Shown one piece after another: positions 49,250 to 61,682 of a stretch of DNA of 64,000 nt. The first letter of the stretch is position 1. Each line of letters begins with the position of its first letter. The position numbers and the translations under genes are program-made. This DNA is from Vicugna vicugna. Lineage: Eukaryota. The notes under the pieces were generated by a model. It was not told the DNA's origin and searched no databases. It was given only the letters and a program-made list of their open reading frames with translations. The stretch lies in contig MU058714.1 in the NCBI GenBank assembly GCA_013265495.1, positions 434,001-498,000 of the forward strand, given 5' to 3'.

Positions 49250-50655
49250 CAACATGAAAAAGCCAAAGAACAAACTGGGACATATATATGACAAGGATTA
49301 ATATCTTTAACATAGAAAAAAGTATGTAAATTAAAAAAAAATCAGTGTCCAACAGAAAAATGGCAAAAGGACAAGAAAAGACAAATCACTAGAGAATACA
49401 TACAAATAAACAAAAAAATTTTCATGTCCAGAGGAATGAAATGAATGCAAGTGGAAACAAGATACAGTTTGGGGGGGCGGTCTATGAAACTGGCAGTAAC
49501 TAAAAAGTTATAAAATGTAGTGTAGGTAAGGGTTTGGGGAAACACTCTTGCACAGCTAGGGGCACTGTGTGCTGGTCAAATTTCTCTCAATGGCAATCTG
49601 GAAATAGGATGCAAAAGTCTTAAAAATGTTTATGTATTTAATTGACCTTTTAATTTCATTTCCAGGTACTGATCCTAAGAAAATAGCCAGAGATACCTAC
49701 AAGAACCATGTACATGAAGAGATACAGAAAAACCTTCTAACAAAAATCTACCACTCATTTGGGATAAAAGCTGTCAGGGATCTGGGAACAGAAGGATACC
49801 TCCTCAAATGGATAAAGGGCACCTGCAGGCATCCTACAGTTCACATCATACCTATGGTGGGAGACTGAATTGTTTCCCCCTACAAATGGGAGGCTCTACT
49901 CTCAGCAGAAGGCAAGAAAAGAAACCGAAACACACAAATATTGGAAAAGAGGAAGTAAAACTGTTACCATTTGCAAATGATGCAATTGTTTACATGAAAA
50001 ATCCCATGGAATTTACCAAACAACTATTAGAACCAACCAGTGAATTTAGCAGGATTATAAAAGGTTAATGTAGAAAATTAATTGTATTATTAAAGACTAG
50101 TAACACATAATCGGAAAATGTAATAAATAAAAATTCCACTTATAATAGCAAAAAAAAACCCCTCACATAAAATACTTAAACTAAGTCCAACAAACGACAT
50201 TCAAGACCTTTACACTGAACAACACAAAACCCTGCTGAGAGAGATTAAAGGAAACTTAAATAAATGAAGAGATATACCATGTCCATGGATTGAAATAGTC
50301 ACATTGTTAAGATGGCAATCTTGCCAAACTGATCTGTAGATTCAACACAATTCCAATCAAGATTCCAGCAGGATTTTGGGGGTAGAAATTGACAAGCTGA
50401 CTCTAAAATTCATTTGGAAATGCAAAAAACCACTAGAATAATCAAAGCAACTATAGAAAAAGAAGAAAGTTGGAGGACTTACCTGATTTTGAGACATTAT
50501 AAACCTACAGTAATCAAGGCAGTTTGGTACTGGCTCAAAGGTAAATTTTAAATCAATGGAACAAAATAGGGAGCCCAGAAACAGGCAAATATGATCAGTT
50601 AATTATCACCAAAGATGCAAAGGCCGTTCAATGGAGAAAGAGTGCCTTTTCAACT
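49250..50655 (+). mobile_element. Old L1 ORF2 fragments (at least two pieces)
   Basis: Translates to IGKEEVKLLPFANDAIVYMKNP (degenerate RT FADD region); gatataccatgtccatggattg; gaaattgacaagctgactctaaaattcat. Confidence 0.8.
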
Positions 50656-51331
50656 TTTCATCTTCTTCTCTTCCAAGTTTTCTAAAAGGAGTAACATACC
50701 ATTTTGATCATCAGAAATAATAAACTACTCTCCTATACTTCTATCTTTTTTAAAACAAGAAGCTCATATTAATTTTTATATTGCAAAACCAATGAGGATA
50801 ATTTCAAAAAGAAAGGAAAAGAAAAGGGGAAAGTGAGGTATAAAGGCCAATCAGCATCGTAGTGAACATCTGTGGGCAGCTTCCCATGTGTCAGGAGCTC
50901 TGCTGATCGCTTTAAAGCCTTTCCCATACCCATACTATGAGGGACATATGATTTACCCCATTTTATAGCTAAGAAGACAGAGGCCAGGAGCAACACCCTC
51001 AATTTCACAGATGGTAAATGCCAGAGCAGGGATGGACCAGGTGTGGCTGATCCGAAGCTCAAACTCCTGACTCCTATGATGTGTGGCTTCCAGAAACAAT
51101 GGCAACAACTTAAAAAAAAAAAAAAGGACGATACAGAGGAAAATAAAACTTTTCTAAAAAGCATCTCTTAAAGGATGCCCCTAAAACAAACCTAGGGCCC
51201 CCCACTGCCCCGTGCTCCTGGATCTGAAATCGTCAGCGGCCAGGTTTTGTCTGTCAGTAAAGCATCAATCCTCAGCCTAGCATGTAATATGCCCCACGAG
51301 TTAGCATCCGCTCACCATTGCCCGATCCTCC

Positions 51332-51757
51332 TTGTATCAGTTTCTTAACACACTGCATAGCTTCAAACAATAAAAATTTCTCTCTCCCTGTCTCTCCCAG
51401 TCCTGGAGACAAGGAGTTCAAAATCAAGGTGTTGGCAGAGCCGGGCTCCCTCTGAAGGTCTAGGGGAGGCTCCTTCCCTGCCTCTTCCAGCTTGTGGTGG
51501 AATCCTTGGCTTTCCCTGACTTGGGATACCTCACTCCAGTCTCTGCTTTCGTCTTCACAAGGCCTTTTTCCCTCTGTGTGTGAATTTCTATGTGTCCTCT
51601 TCTTGTAAGGACTCCAGTCAGTGGAATAGGGCTCACCCTAATCCAGAATGACTTCATCATAACTAATTACATTTGTAAAGATGCTCTTTCTAAATAAAGT
51701 CAAATTCTGTGGTTCCAGGCGGACATGGATTTGGGGGACATTATTTAACCCAGTACA
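51332..51757 (-). mobile_element. MaLR solo LTR (MLT1B/C-like)
   Basis: aaatcaaggtgttggcagagcc, ctccctctgaaggtctagggg, cctaatccagaatgacttcatc, gggggacattatttaacccagtaca. Confidence 0.8.
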
Positions 51758-52059
51758 CCTCTTCAGATGTTCCCACTTGCATCGTAGGCAAACTGGACAC
51801 CCCAGAGGCCCTCCCTCCATGCATTTGCTTCCTTGGGCCCCTTCCCCTGGGCTGCCTGCTTTCCCCTCTCTATTCCTGTTCTTTTCACCCTCCAAGACCC
51901 AGTTTCTCTGTGCTGCTTTCCCTTGATCTTTAGGGAAGCTGCTAAGCAGAGTGCCTGATGTATCATGGGTAGTCAATATATGCTGATTTTCCTTAATTTC
52001 TTGCAAAATCCTTAGAAATTTATCATTCTCTTCTGCATGTTTTGCTTTGGACTCTGTAT

Positions 52060-54500
52060 TAACTCACTTGCGGATGCCCAAACCAGACAAAGACATCATA
52101 AGAACATAACATTCTAGGCCCTAATGAATATCCTTCGTGACAGAGACACAAAATTCTCAACAGAACACTAGCAAACCAAATCCAACAACATATAAAAAGG
52201 ATTATACACCATGACCAAGTGGGATTTATGCCAGGAATGCAAGGGTGGTTCAACACATGAGAATCCGTCAATGCGATGCACCGGATTAACAAAGAATGAA
52301 CCACATACCCATCTCAACGGCTGCAGAAACAGCATCTGACAAAAATCCAACTCCTTTTCCCAACAGAAACACTTACCAAACTAAACATAGAAAGGAACTT
52401 CCTCAATCTGATGAAGGGCATCTGTAAACACCCACAGCTAACATCACACTCTGTGGTGAAAGACTGAAGCTCTCCCTCTAGGACCAGGAACAGGACAAGG
52501 CTGTCTGCTCTCACCACTTCTGTTCTGCTGGAGGTTGTGCTCAGGGCAGTCGGGCAAGGAGAACCAAACAAAAAGCACCCAGATTGGAAATAAAGAAGTA
52601 AAGCTGCCTCTGTTGGTAGATGACATGCCCTTGCACATGGAATACCTTTAGGAATTCATACCCACACACAAAACCTATCAGAACTAATACATGTTTTCAG
52701 CAAAGTTGCAGCATACAAGATGGATATACAAAAATTAACTGCATTTCTATATACTAGCAATGAACGATCCCAAAATGAAATTAAGAACACAATTCCATTT
52801 ACAACACACACACCACACACACACGTAAAAGACCTGCACACTAAAAACTACAAAAGCATTGTTGAAACAAATCAAGGAAGACCTAAATAAATGGAAAGTC
52901 ATCCCATGCTATGAATTGGAAGACTTAATATTATGAAGACGGTAATACGCCCCAAATTGATCCACAGATTCAACACAATCCCTATCAAAATCCTAGTTGC
53001 TTTTTTTTGTAGATATTGATAAGCTGATTCAAAAATAATATGGAAGTGCGGGGGGACCCAGTATAGCCAAAACAATATAGAAAAAGAAGAACAAAGTTGA
53101 AGGACTCACACCTCCCAATTTCAAAACACACTTACAAAGTTGCACTGCCGTAAGGACAGATACATGGGGCGACGGGATAGGACTGGCAGTCCAAAGGTAA
53201 ACCCACACATTTATGGCCAACTGGTTTTCAACACGGGTGCCAAAACAACTCAACGGGAGAAAGAGTAGTCTTCAATAACCGGTTCTGGGACAACTGGGTA
53301 TCTACAGGCAAAAGAATGAATCTGGACCCTTATGTCACACAATATACAAAAATTAGCTCAAAATGTGTCAAAGCTCTACATGTCAGAGCTAAAACGGTAA
53401 AACTCTTAGGAAAACAACATAGGCATAAATCTTCATGACCCTGGACTAGCCAGTGGTTTCTTCAACATGACATCAAAAACACAAGCACCCAAGAAAAAAC
53501 AGATAAACTGAACTTCATCAAAACTGAAAACTTTTGTGCTTCAAAGGAAACCGTCAAGAAAGTAAAGACAATCCACACAATGGAAGAAAATATTTGAAAT
53601 CAAACATCTGATAAAGGACTAGTACCCAGAATACATATTTTTTTAAAAAAGGCGTTTAGAACACAACAATAAAAAGATGAGCGACCCCATTCAAAAACGG
53701 ATCTATCTGAACAGACATCTCTCCAGTGGAAATACGCCCAGCATCACTGGCCATCAGGGGGATGCAAATCAAAACCACGTCCGCTAGAATGGCTACAATA
53801 AAAAAGGTGGAAAATGCAAGTGTTGGTGAGGATGTGGAGAGCTAGAACCCTCATCCACTGCTGGTAGGAATGAAAAATGGTGCAGCTACTGTAGAAAACA
53901 GCTTGGGAGCTCCTCCAAAGTTAAACACGGAGTTACCGTATATGACGCAGCAGCAGCTCCACTCCTGGCTATTTACTCAAAAAAACTGAAGCTACATATC
54001 TGCACAAAAACTTGTATACGAGGTCATGTTCATAGCAGCACGACTCACAACCGCCAAAAAGGAGAGATGCTTTACATGTCCATCAACGGAAAACGGGATA
54101 AACAAAATGCAACATGTCCATATAATGGAACAGTATTCCGCCATAAAATCAGTGAAGTACTGACACACGCTTCAATGCAGATGAATCCTGAAAACATGCT
54201 AAGTGAGAGAAGCCAGTCACAAAAGGCCACACACGTGTTGTACGATCTCATCTATAGGAAGTACCCAGGGCAGGTGAATCCGCAGAGACAGAAGGCAGAT
54301 GAGTGGTTGGCAGGTGCTGGGGGTAGGGGGAAATGGCCTTTAACTGCAATGAGTATGGGGTTTCTGTTTTGGAGAGATGCAAATATTCTGCAGTTAGACT
54401 GTGGCAATGGTTGTACAACTTTGTGAAGGTGCCAAATGCCACTGCACCGTCCACTTTTAAAGAGTGACTTTTGTGTTATGTGAGTGATACCTCAATAAAA
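52060..54500 (+). mobile_element. 5'-truncated defective L1 (ORF2 RT/C-terminal remnants plus 3' UTR, L1MB-like)
   Basis: Encodes the ORF2 RT motif [35 protein letters not shown] with stops and frameshifts; ends in ctcaataaaaa. Confidence 0.9.
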
Positions 54501-55079
54501 AGAAGCCACTGTGTCCCCACCCTCCCCTCTCTGATTCCACCTGCACGTGCCTGGGCAAAGGCTTTTGCACGAAGCAGAAGTGCCTCAGCCAGTACTTGTG
54601 TATTCAACACAAAGCTCTGAGTGCCTCCCGTGCCGTCCTCAGCCACGTGAGGCTTCGTTCTGGTGGAGAGTGAGGGGCAGACGTGTAAGGGAGTGACTGT
54701 GTCACGGGGCGTGGGCACACAGGCAGGAGGTGGAGGGGCTGGGACCAGCCACTCTTGGGGGTGGTCTCGGGGAGCCTGGGCGAGGCCTGAGCAGGGAAAA
54801 GAGCACAGGGAGCATTAATAGGTAACATGAGCAGCGCACGCTGGGAAATTTGGCGCCCATCCCTAGCTACATCCTTCGGGGGAACATAGCACCACCCTGG
54901 GAGCAGAAATTCATTTTGCGCCTACATTGTTGAGTTTAGCTTTCCTCCTAGTGAAGGAATGGAAATGATCTCATATTGCAAATAATTTTACATTAAAATA
55001 TACTCCCTGTATTTTTTTTTCTAATTTAACACTTGTAAGTAATAAATGCATTCAATTTTGTGGTTAAAAATTCAAAATA

Positions 55080-55198
55080 GGGGGGAGGGTAGAGTTCAGT
55101 GGTAGACTGCATGCTTAGCATGCAAGAGATCCTGGGTTCATTCCCCAGTACTGCCATTAAAAAAACAATAATAAATAAACCTAATTACACCCCCCTCC
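55080..55198 (+). mobile_element. tRNA-Ala-derived SINE, Vic-1 type
   Basis: Same tRNA-Ala head and AAACCTAATTAC body; exact 12-bp TSD AAATTCAAAATA at 55068-55079 and 55199-55210. Confidence 0.88.
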
Positions 55199-55222
55199 AA
55201 ATTCAAAATATACAAAAGTGTG

Positions 55223-55566
55223 ATCACTCATATGTGGAATCTAAAAAAAAAAAAGACACTATGAACTCATCTACAAAATAGAAACGGACTCACAGACACA
55301 GTAAACAATCTTATGGTTACTGGGGAGAGGGGGTGGGGAGGGATGAATCTGGGAGTTTGAGATTTACAAATGTTAGCCATTATATATAAAAACAGATTTT
55401 TAAAAAGTTTCTTCCGCATAGCACTAGGAACTGTATTCAGTATCTTGTAATAAACTTTAATGAAAAAGAATATTAAAATGAATATATGTATGTATACGCA
55501 TGCCTGGGACACTGTGCTGTACACCAGAAACTGACACATTGTAGTTGCTTATACTTCGATTTAAAA
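55223..55566 (+). mobile_element. Younger L1 3' fragment
   Basis: atcactcatatgtggaatctaaaa...ttatacttcgatttaaaa; 9-bp TSD AAAAGTGTG at 55214-55222 and 55567-55575. Confidence 0.85.
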
Positions 55567-56189
55567 AAAAGTGTGCAAAATCAGCAGTGTAAGCACCTCT
55601 CTCGGCAGCTCCCCAACCTGTCCAGCTCGCCCCCCAAGAAGCTGTCCTTGTCTGCAGTTTGGCGATGCTTCTCCCAAGTCTTGTTTGGCTCGTTCACGCG
55701 TTTGAAGGAAGGTTTAGACACCATTTTGGAAGGATGGCTCAGGCACAATTCAAAAAGAACAGTCTAATCTTTCATTCAATTTGACTCATGAAAGTAAAAT
55801 CACTTGCTCTTCTCTCTAACACTCAGCTTCATTCAAGGAGGACTTGAGGACCAGGAGATGGGATCTCACAGGAAAGCGAAGATGAGGATATGGATACGTG
55901 GGTGGTGACACCACGTGGACCGGGCACTGCTGTCAGAGAAGAACGAAGTGCTGGAGGGTGACAGAGGTGACAGAGGAGGGTGTCACCCGGGGCAGCGGGT
56001 GAGGTCCCTGGAAAGGCCCCATCTCAGCGGAGGTGGCCTGAGGCCGGTCCTGGGTGTCTCTGGGTGGGAGGAAGAGCCTGGGCAGGTGCAGGGCATATGT
56101 GGCAGGACTGAGGAGGAAGCCGGAAGGCCCGGCTGGAGCCATTCTGAGAAGGGCTCTGGCACTGATTTTTTTAAACAGGTTGTCCCCAA

Positions 56190-56670
56190 GAACTGAAGCC
56201 GGGAACTCAAACAGATATCTGGACACCCATGTTCACAGCAGCATGACTCACAATAGCCAATTCTCTAAGATATGTGGAAACAAAACAAGTGTCCATTGAC
56301 AAATGAGTGGATAAACAAAATGCGGTCTATACGTACAGAGGAACAGTATTCCATCATAAAACGGAAGGAAATCCTGACACAGGCTACGGCATGAATGAAC
56401 CTTGAGGACATTGCACTCAGTGAGGTACACCAGGCACAAAAGGTCAGATAGTGAAGGATTTCACTTACAGACGGTCCCCGGAATAGTCCAACTCATGGAG
56501 ACAAAGTGTAGGTTAGAGGTTACCGGGGGCTTCAGTTTTGGACGATGAAAGAGTTCTGGAGATGGATGGTGGTGACGTTGCACAACAGTGTGAGTGGGCT
56601 TAACACCACTGAACTGTCCCCTTGAAAATGGTTAAGATGGTAAATTTTACATCATGCGTATTTTACCCTA
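56190..56670 (+). mobile_element. L1 3' fragment (L1MB-like)
   Basis: cacccatgttcacagcagca, atgaatgaaccttgaggacatt, ttgaaaatggttaagatggtaaatttta. Confidence 0.85.
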
Positions 56671-59600
56671 ATACGGGTTACTGATTTGGAATTTCTCTGT
56701 TTCCTCCATTCCAAATTACGTTTTCTCATCTTTCCTAACTTTTCCTGCTTCAGGTCAGGCAGGACCCCGGGGCTGGATCAGCTGCAGGGCTGGCCAGCCC
56801 AGGGACCCACGCGAAGGCACGCAGACTGGCAGGCTCTGCTCACAGACACTTTAGTTTATCTTGAGATGAGATTGCGGAATAAGTTCAGGAACATGGAAAG
56901 GCTGGCCACCTTGTTTCCAAAGTGACTGTGTGGCCATCTCCCTGTCGAATTCCCACTTGCCTCCATCTTTGACCTGGATTAGGGGGGTGGTAACATCTGT
57001 AATGAACCTGGGGCACCGTCCTGCAACCCCTTCCTCTCCAGTAAAGTGGCCAGTGGACTTCAAGACACGCTCTGTCCCCAGGGGCTCCTGAGAGAAAGCA
57101 AAGCCCAGAGAGATACAGAACCTCCCCCGCACCAGCCCGCCCCAGTCTGTGCAGCATTCCCTCCCCACAGCAGGGCTTTGGGTTTGGGGAAGGCACATTT
57201 TTGGTTTTGTTTTTTTGTCTCCCCATTTGGTAAAGTCGATGTCAAGAAAGCCGCCTGAGGGGTTCGAGGAAGAACAAAACAACTGGATCTTGGGTAATCC
57301 ACCCGGTGGGAGCACTCGGCCGGCTGGCACTGCTGCCACGCCCCCCCCCCCGCCCGCCCGCCCCAGCCGGCCGGCCGAGTCACATGCTTGGCCCTGAGGG
57401 CTGCGAGATTTTCCCGGAACTCTGGCCTGCTACGGTGTCTACTTAAAGGGCTGCCCCGAGCCAGCCAGGCGCCCTTGAGAAGATTCCTTGATCGTTAGAC
57501 AAAAAGATGGTTCAAAAGAACAAAACCTGGGCAACCAGGACGCCCTAGGAGCCCCGGCTCCTGATTGCAAAGGCTCAGTGACAAGGGAGGGCACATTCAG
57601 AGAGCTGCGGCCAAAGGTCCACCCTGCCTGGGGAAGACTAAGACCATTTTCACCCCAGTCTGCCACCAACCCAGCCAGTGTGTCACTAACCCTTCACAGG
57701 TTCAGGCCCCCAACCACCCAAACCTGCCGCTGGCAGCCCAGGGACCCCGGCCCATAGCCCTGAGCACAGACGCAGTTTCCGGAGAAGCCTCCCCCTGTCC
57801 ACGCACCAGAAGCCTGAGTGCCACTTTGGACCACGGTGTGGGTGGGCTGTTTCTCGGCCACTTTGGATTGGACAGGGCTCTGCAGAGACCTGGCTGAGCT
57901 TCTGAGTCTCAGAGTGACAGTGGCCTCGGGGGCGGCTAGCTCGGTCATAGGACCAATGTCCTGCACCCCCACATCCTGTGCCTGTTCCCAGGCCAGGTGG
58001 CCAGGACATCGCGCCACGACAGAGGAGCCGGTACGTGCTGCTGGCCTCACCATGCTGGGCATTTCTGAGTTCTGTTTTGTTCCTGCAAAGCTAGTCCACA
58101 CACAGGTCAACCTGCGCTCTTGACCTCACTAACTGTGCCTTGCCCAGACAAAGCCGGGAGGGCAGGAGAAAATAAGAACCAACACGCACAGAGCAGTTGA
58201 GATCCTAAAGGTTTGTAAAGCAACCCCACCACATCCCTGCCAGCGCACCCACTTTTCAGATGTGACAACTGAGACCCAGAGAGGCTCGGTCATTGCTCAA
58301 GACCACTCAGTGCCCTGATCGCTACACTGACTTGTCTCTTGTGCAGCAGAGAAAACCTCTACCTCATCCCAAGCAAACGGCATCTTCTCAGATAGGGCTT
58401 CCAAGTGCTGGCTGACTGGCAACTAAAAATACAGGAAGAAGAGTTCTCAAGAGAAAAGGATACTGGGAGACGGGTCAGAGCAGCATGCACACACGTGCGT
58501 GTTTAAATACTGAAACATGAATGGCCACTGCAGGCGCATGTAGGGTGTGGCTACATCCTTCCCGCCAAAGACAAGCCCCATGGGAAATCCTCCCTCTGCT
58601 CAGGCCTCTGCTGGGCCTCGGTCTTCTCATCTGTAAAATGGGATGGTGGGAGGGGCTGCACTGGGACAGGGCTGAGGGGCTGAGCACAGCAAGTGGATGC
58701 TGCTGTTCTAGCTGCCTGCTTATCAGGTGCAGCCAACGTCCTGCTGTTGTACGTGGTTGCTGGACAGTGAGTCCTGGGCAGGACATCCTCTGCCTTCCAA
58801 CACCCCAGCCAGTCCTATCATGTCCTCCAGAGTGCCTGGTGTCCCCACCCCAGTCCCACACCCACGTCCTCAGCTTTTGTCCACGTGTCCACTCCACTGC
58901 ACCCTGATGTCCTCCTCATCCTCTGGATTCTCACTTTCTGCACCTTAATTTCTAGTTCTGTAGAGTGGAAGTGACAGCGTTGGATTCTGATCTCTGAGAC
59001 CCTACTAGGCTCTCTAACTCTGGCAGTTTCTAAGGTGCAGACGAAGCTGCCTGTTCCAAGCAAAACCATAGGCATGTCTGCCGTAATTAACATCACACAC
59101 ACGTGCTGGCTCAATCCATCCCTTGGGCCGGACTCTGCCCAGTTTCTGCTGACCACGGATGCTGTGGGGCCCTGCTCTGGGGTTTGCTGGCAGCACCCAG
59201 CCCCGCTGTGCACCCAGAGGACAGCCAATCAATGTCGCTTCCGAACGGCTGGCTAGAGCACTAGACCCGGCGACTGTGGCGACATCCCTTTCTAAGCCTT
59301 TCGGAGACCTTGGTGCTGAAGATCACCACAGGAACCCCGTTCTGTTGTGCTCAAGGGGTCATTTCTGACGTAAGTAGAAATGGGAAATATTCACAGTGGC
59401 CCGGAAGATTCTGTTATTCCAGCCCCCAGAACCTGCTGCGGCTGAGCTCGGGGCGTCATCAGCCACACCTGAGACCAACCTGGCTTTCCCGTCCAGAGGG
59501 ACGTGAGAGTCACCGGCCGGGAAAGACAGGCCGGGCCCAGCTTAAGTCACGGCTCTCGGCCAGGAGCTCAGCTCTGCTGGGTGCCGGCAGGGCAGCGGCT

Positions 59601-60849
59601 GAGCTCTGGCCATTAACTGCCAGCCGCCCTGACACCACGGAAGCAGTGCGGGCTAATTATGAAAGGTGTAAATCACAGGGAGGAGAGCAGGCACATCCTC
59701 GGCTTTATCACCAACACAATTTAGGGAAAGATAAGCAGGCCGGGCCTCTCTTTTCCTTTGGCAGCCAGCAGGGGGGAGTGGTTCTGGCAGGTGGGAGGCG
59801 AGAGTGCAGCGGTCCTTTGGGGGCTGCTTTTATTTTAATTTTTCCTGAGTCGAGTGGAACGGCATCGTCAGATCTCTAAGCAAAACTAAGAAAAATTTCA
59901 GCCGAGCAGCCTGACTTGCTGTCCTGGGCCTGGGAGCATCCATGCGTCATACACATGTATGACTGCTACACAGGTAGACCCAGGCTGTCCCCAGGACGCT
60001 GTGTGCGGCTTGTGCCACTTAACGTTATTATACGATATTATTCATCATGGGCTGGAGACGCTGATGGCAGGGATCATTTGTTTTTCTTTTTCCCTTAAGG
60101 CATTTGCAAATATGCTTGGGGGCTAAGGGATGCAGGGTACATCTAATAAATAAAGCAAAATAATTAATAGCCCAAGCAGCCTGGAGACCGCTCCTATCTG
60201 CTCCCAAACTAGGCTTCTGAGCACCAATTGTTCTGCTTCATCCCCGCTGACTCCACCCTTGAGACAGACTTCACTGAGAAGAGACCAGCAGAGAGAGCTT
60301 TCTGACTCAAAAAGAAGGAAAAGCAGAGGCACAGAGCTCCCTCAGATTTTACAGGAATTTAGCATGAGTAAGAAATAAGATATTTCTAAACCAAAGTGTG
60401 CGCTCAGCATGGTTGCTCCTGGAAGTTTCTTAGGACCGAGGGAGAATGAGGAGTGACACAAGTGCCGGCAAGAACCAGACCCTGATGGAGGCAAGGCCCG
60501 TGCGGGCCACCGGGCAACACCCTGAGCTGCAGAGACAGGCAGAGAACACACGCTCCTGGCTGGGGCACCCGCAGTGTCAGGCCCAGCCCAGCCCCGCCTG
60601 CACCGGCAGTCAGGTGACCCTTTCGAAATGAAGTTAGGACATCAGCCCAAACTAACAAGGTGGTGCTCCAGGAAGACAGGAGAGGGTGGGGAGGACAGGA
60701 GAGGGAACACAGGTGGTGACAAACACCCGGGCGTGAATGTTCCTGTCTTCTTTCTATGGGAGCAACATTCAATTGTGATCTAAGTGCTGGCTGGGGATGG
60801 GAAGAACCCTGCAGGTCAGGTTCTTTAGTCCTATAAAAAGGCACCTCAT

Positions 60850-61520
60850 AAATCGGTGCAGCCACTGTGGAAAACAGTATGGGAGGTTCCCTGAAAAACT
60901 AAAAATAGAACTGCCGCATGACCCATGATCTAGTGCTGGGGAGATACCCGGAAAAAACAAAAACACTAATTCAAAAAGATACACGCACCCCAAATGCTCA
61001 CAGCAGCACTATTTACAATTGCCAAGTCCTGGAAGCAAAGTGCCCATCAACAGGCGACTGGATTAAGATGTGGTATATACACAGTGGGATATGAGCCATA
61101 GAAAAGAATGAAATTCTGCTATTTGCAGCCATGTGGATGGACCTGAGAATATTACGCGAGGTGAAATAAGTCAGAGAAGGAAGGACAAATACTACGTTAT
61201 CACTTCTATGTGGAATCTAAAAAATAACACAAATGAATGTGTATACAGAACAGAAACAGATTCACAGACACAGAAAACAAACTTGTGGTTACCAAAGGGG
61301 AAGGGGAGGTGGAAGGGACAAATAAGGGTCCTGGGGTTAACAGACAGAAACGACTATATATAAAATAGAAAAGCAACACGGATAAACCATATGACAGGGA
61401 ATTATAGCCATTATCTCATAAAAACCCACAATGGAGTTTAATCTGCAAAAATTCTGAATTCCTATGTGTGCACCTGAAACTAACACAATATTGTAAACCA
61501 ACTATACTTCAGTTAAAATT
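60850..61520 (+). mobile_element. L1 3' fragment (ORF2 end plus 3' UTR)
   Basis: ggtgcagccactgtggaaaacagtatgg, tatgtggaatctaaaaa, cacctgaaactaacacaatattgtaaaccaactatacttc. Confidence 0.88.
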
Positions 61521-61552
61521 TTTTTTTAAATTTTAAGACACCATGTTGGTCT

Positions 61553-61682
61553 TTTAAAAAAAATATTTCGGGGGGGGCAGGTAATTAGGTATATTTTTCA
61601 ATGGAGGTGCTAGGGATTGAGCCCAGGGCCTCGTACGTGCTAGGCACGCACTTGCTCTACCACTGAGCTATAACCTCCCCCC
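61553..61682 (-). mobile_element. tRNA-Ala-derived SINE, Vic-1 type
   Basis: Minus strand reads GGGGAGGTTATAGCTCAGTGGTAGAGC...GAGGCCCTGGGCTCAATCCCTAGCACCTCCA...ACCTAATTACC. Confidence 0.85.

Noticed and set aside
52060..54500. Reverse transcriptase-like coding sequence as an active or domesticated gene
   Set aside because: Multiple stops, frameshifts and deletions; an ordinary decayed L1.
59300..59320. REST/RE1-like site
   Set aside because: Only the TTCAGCACC half matches on the minus strand; the GGACAG half is poor.
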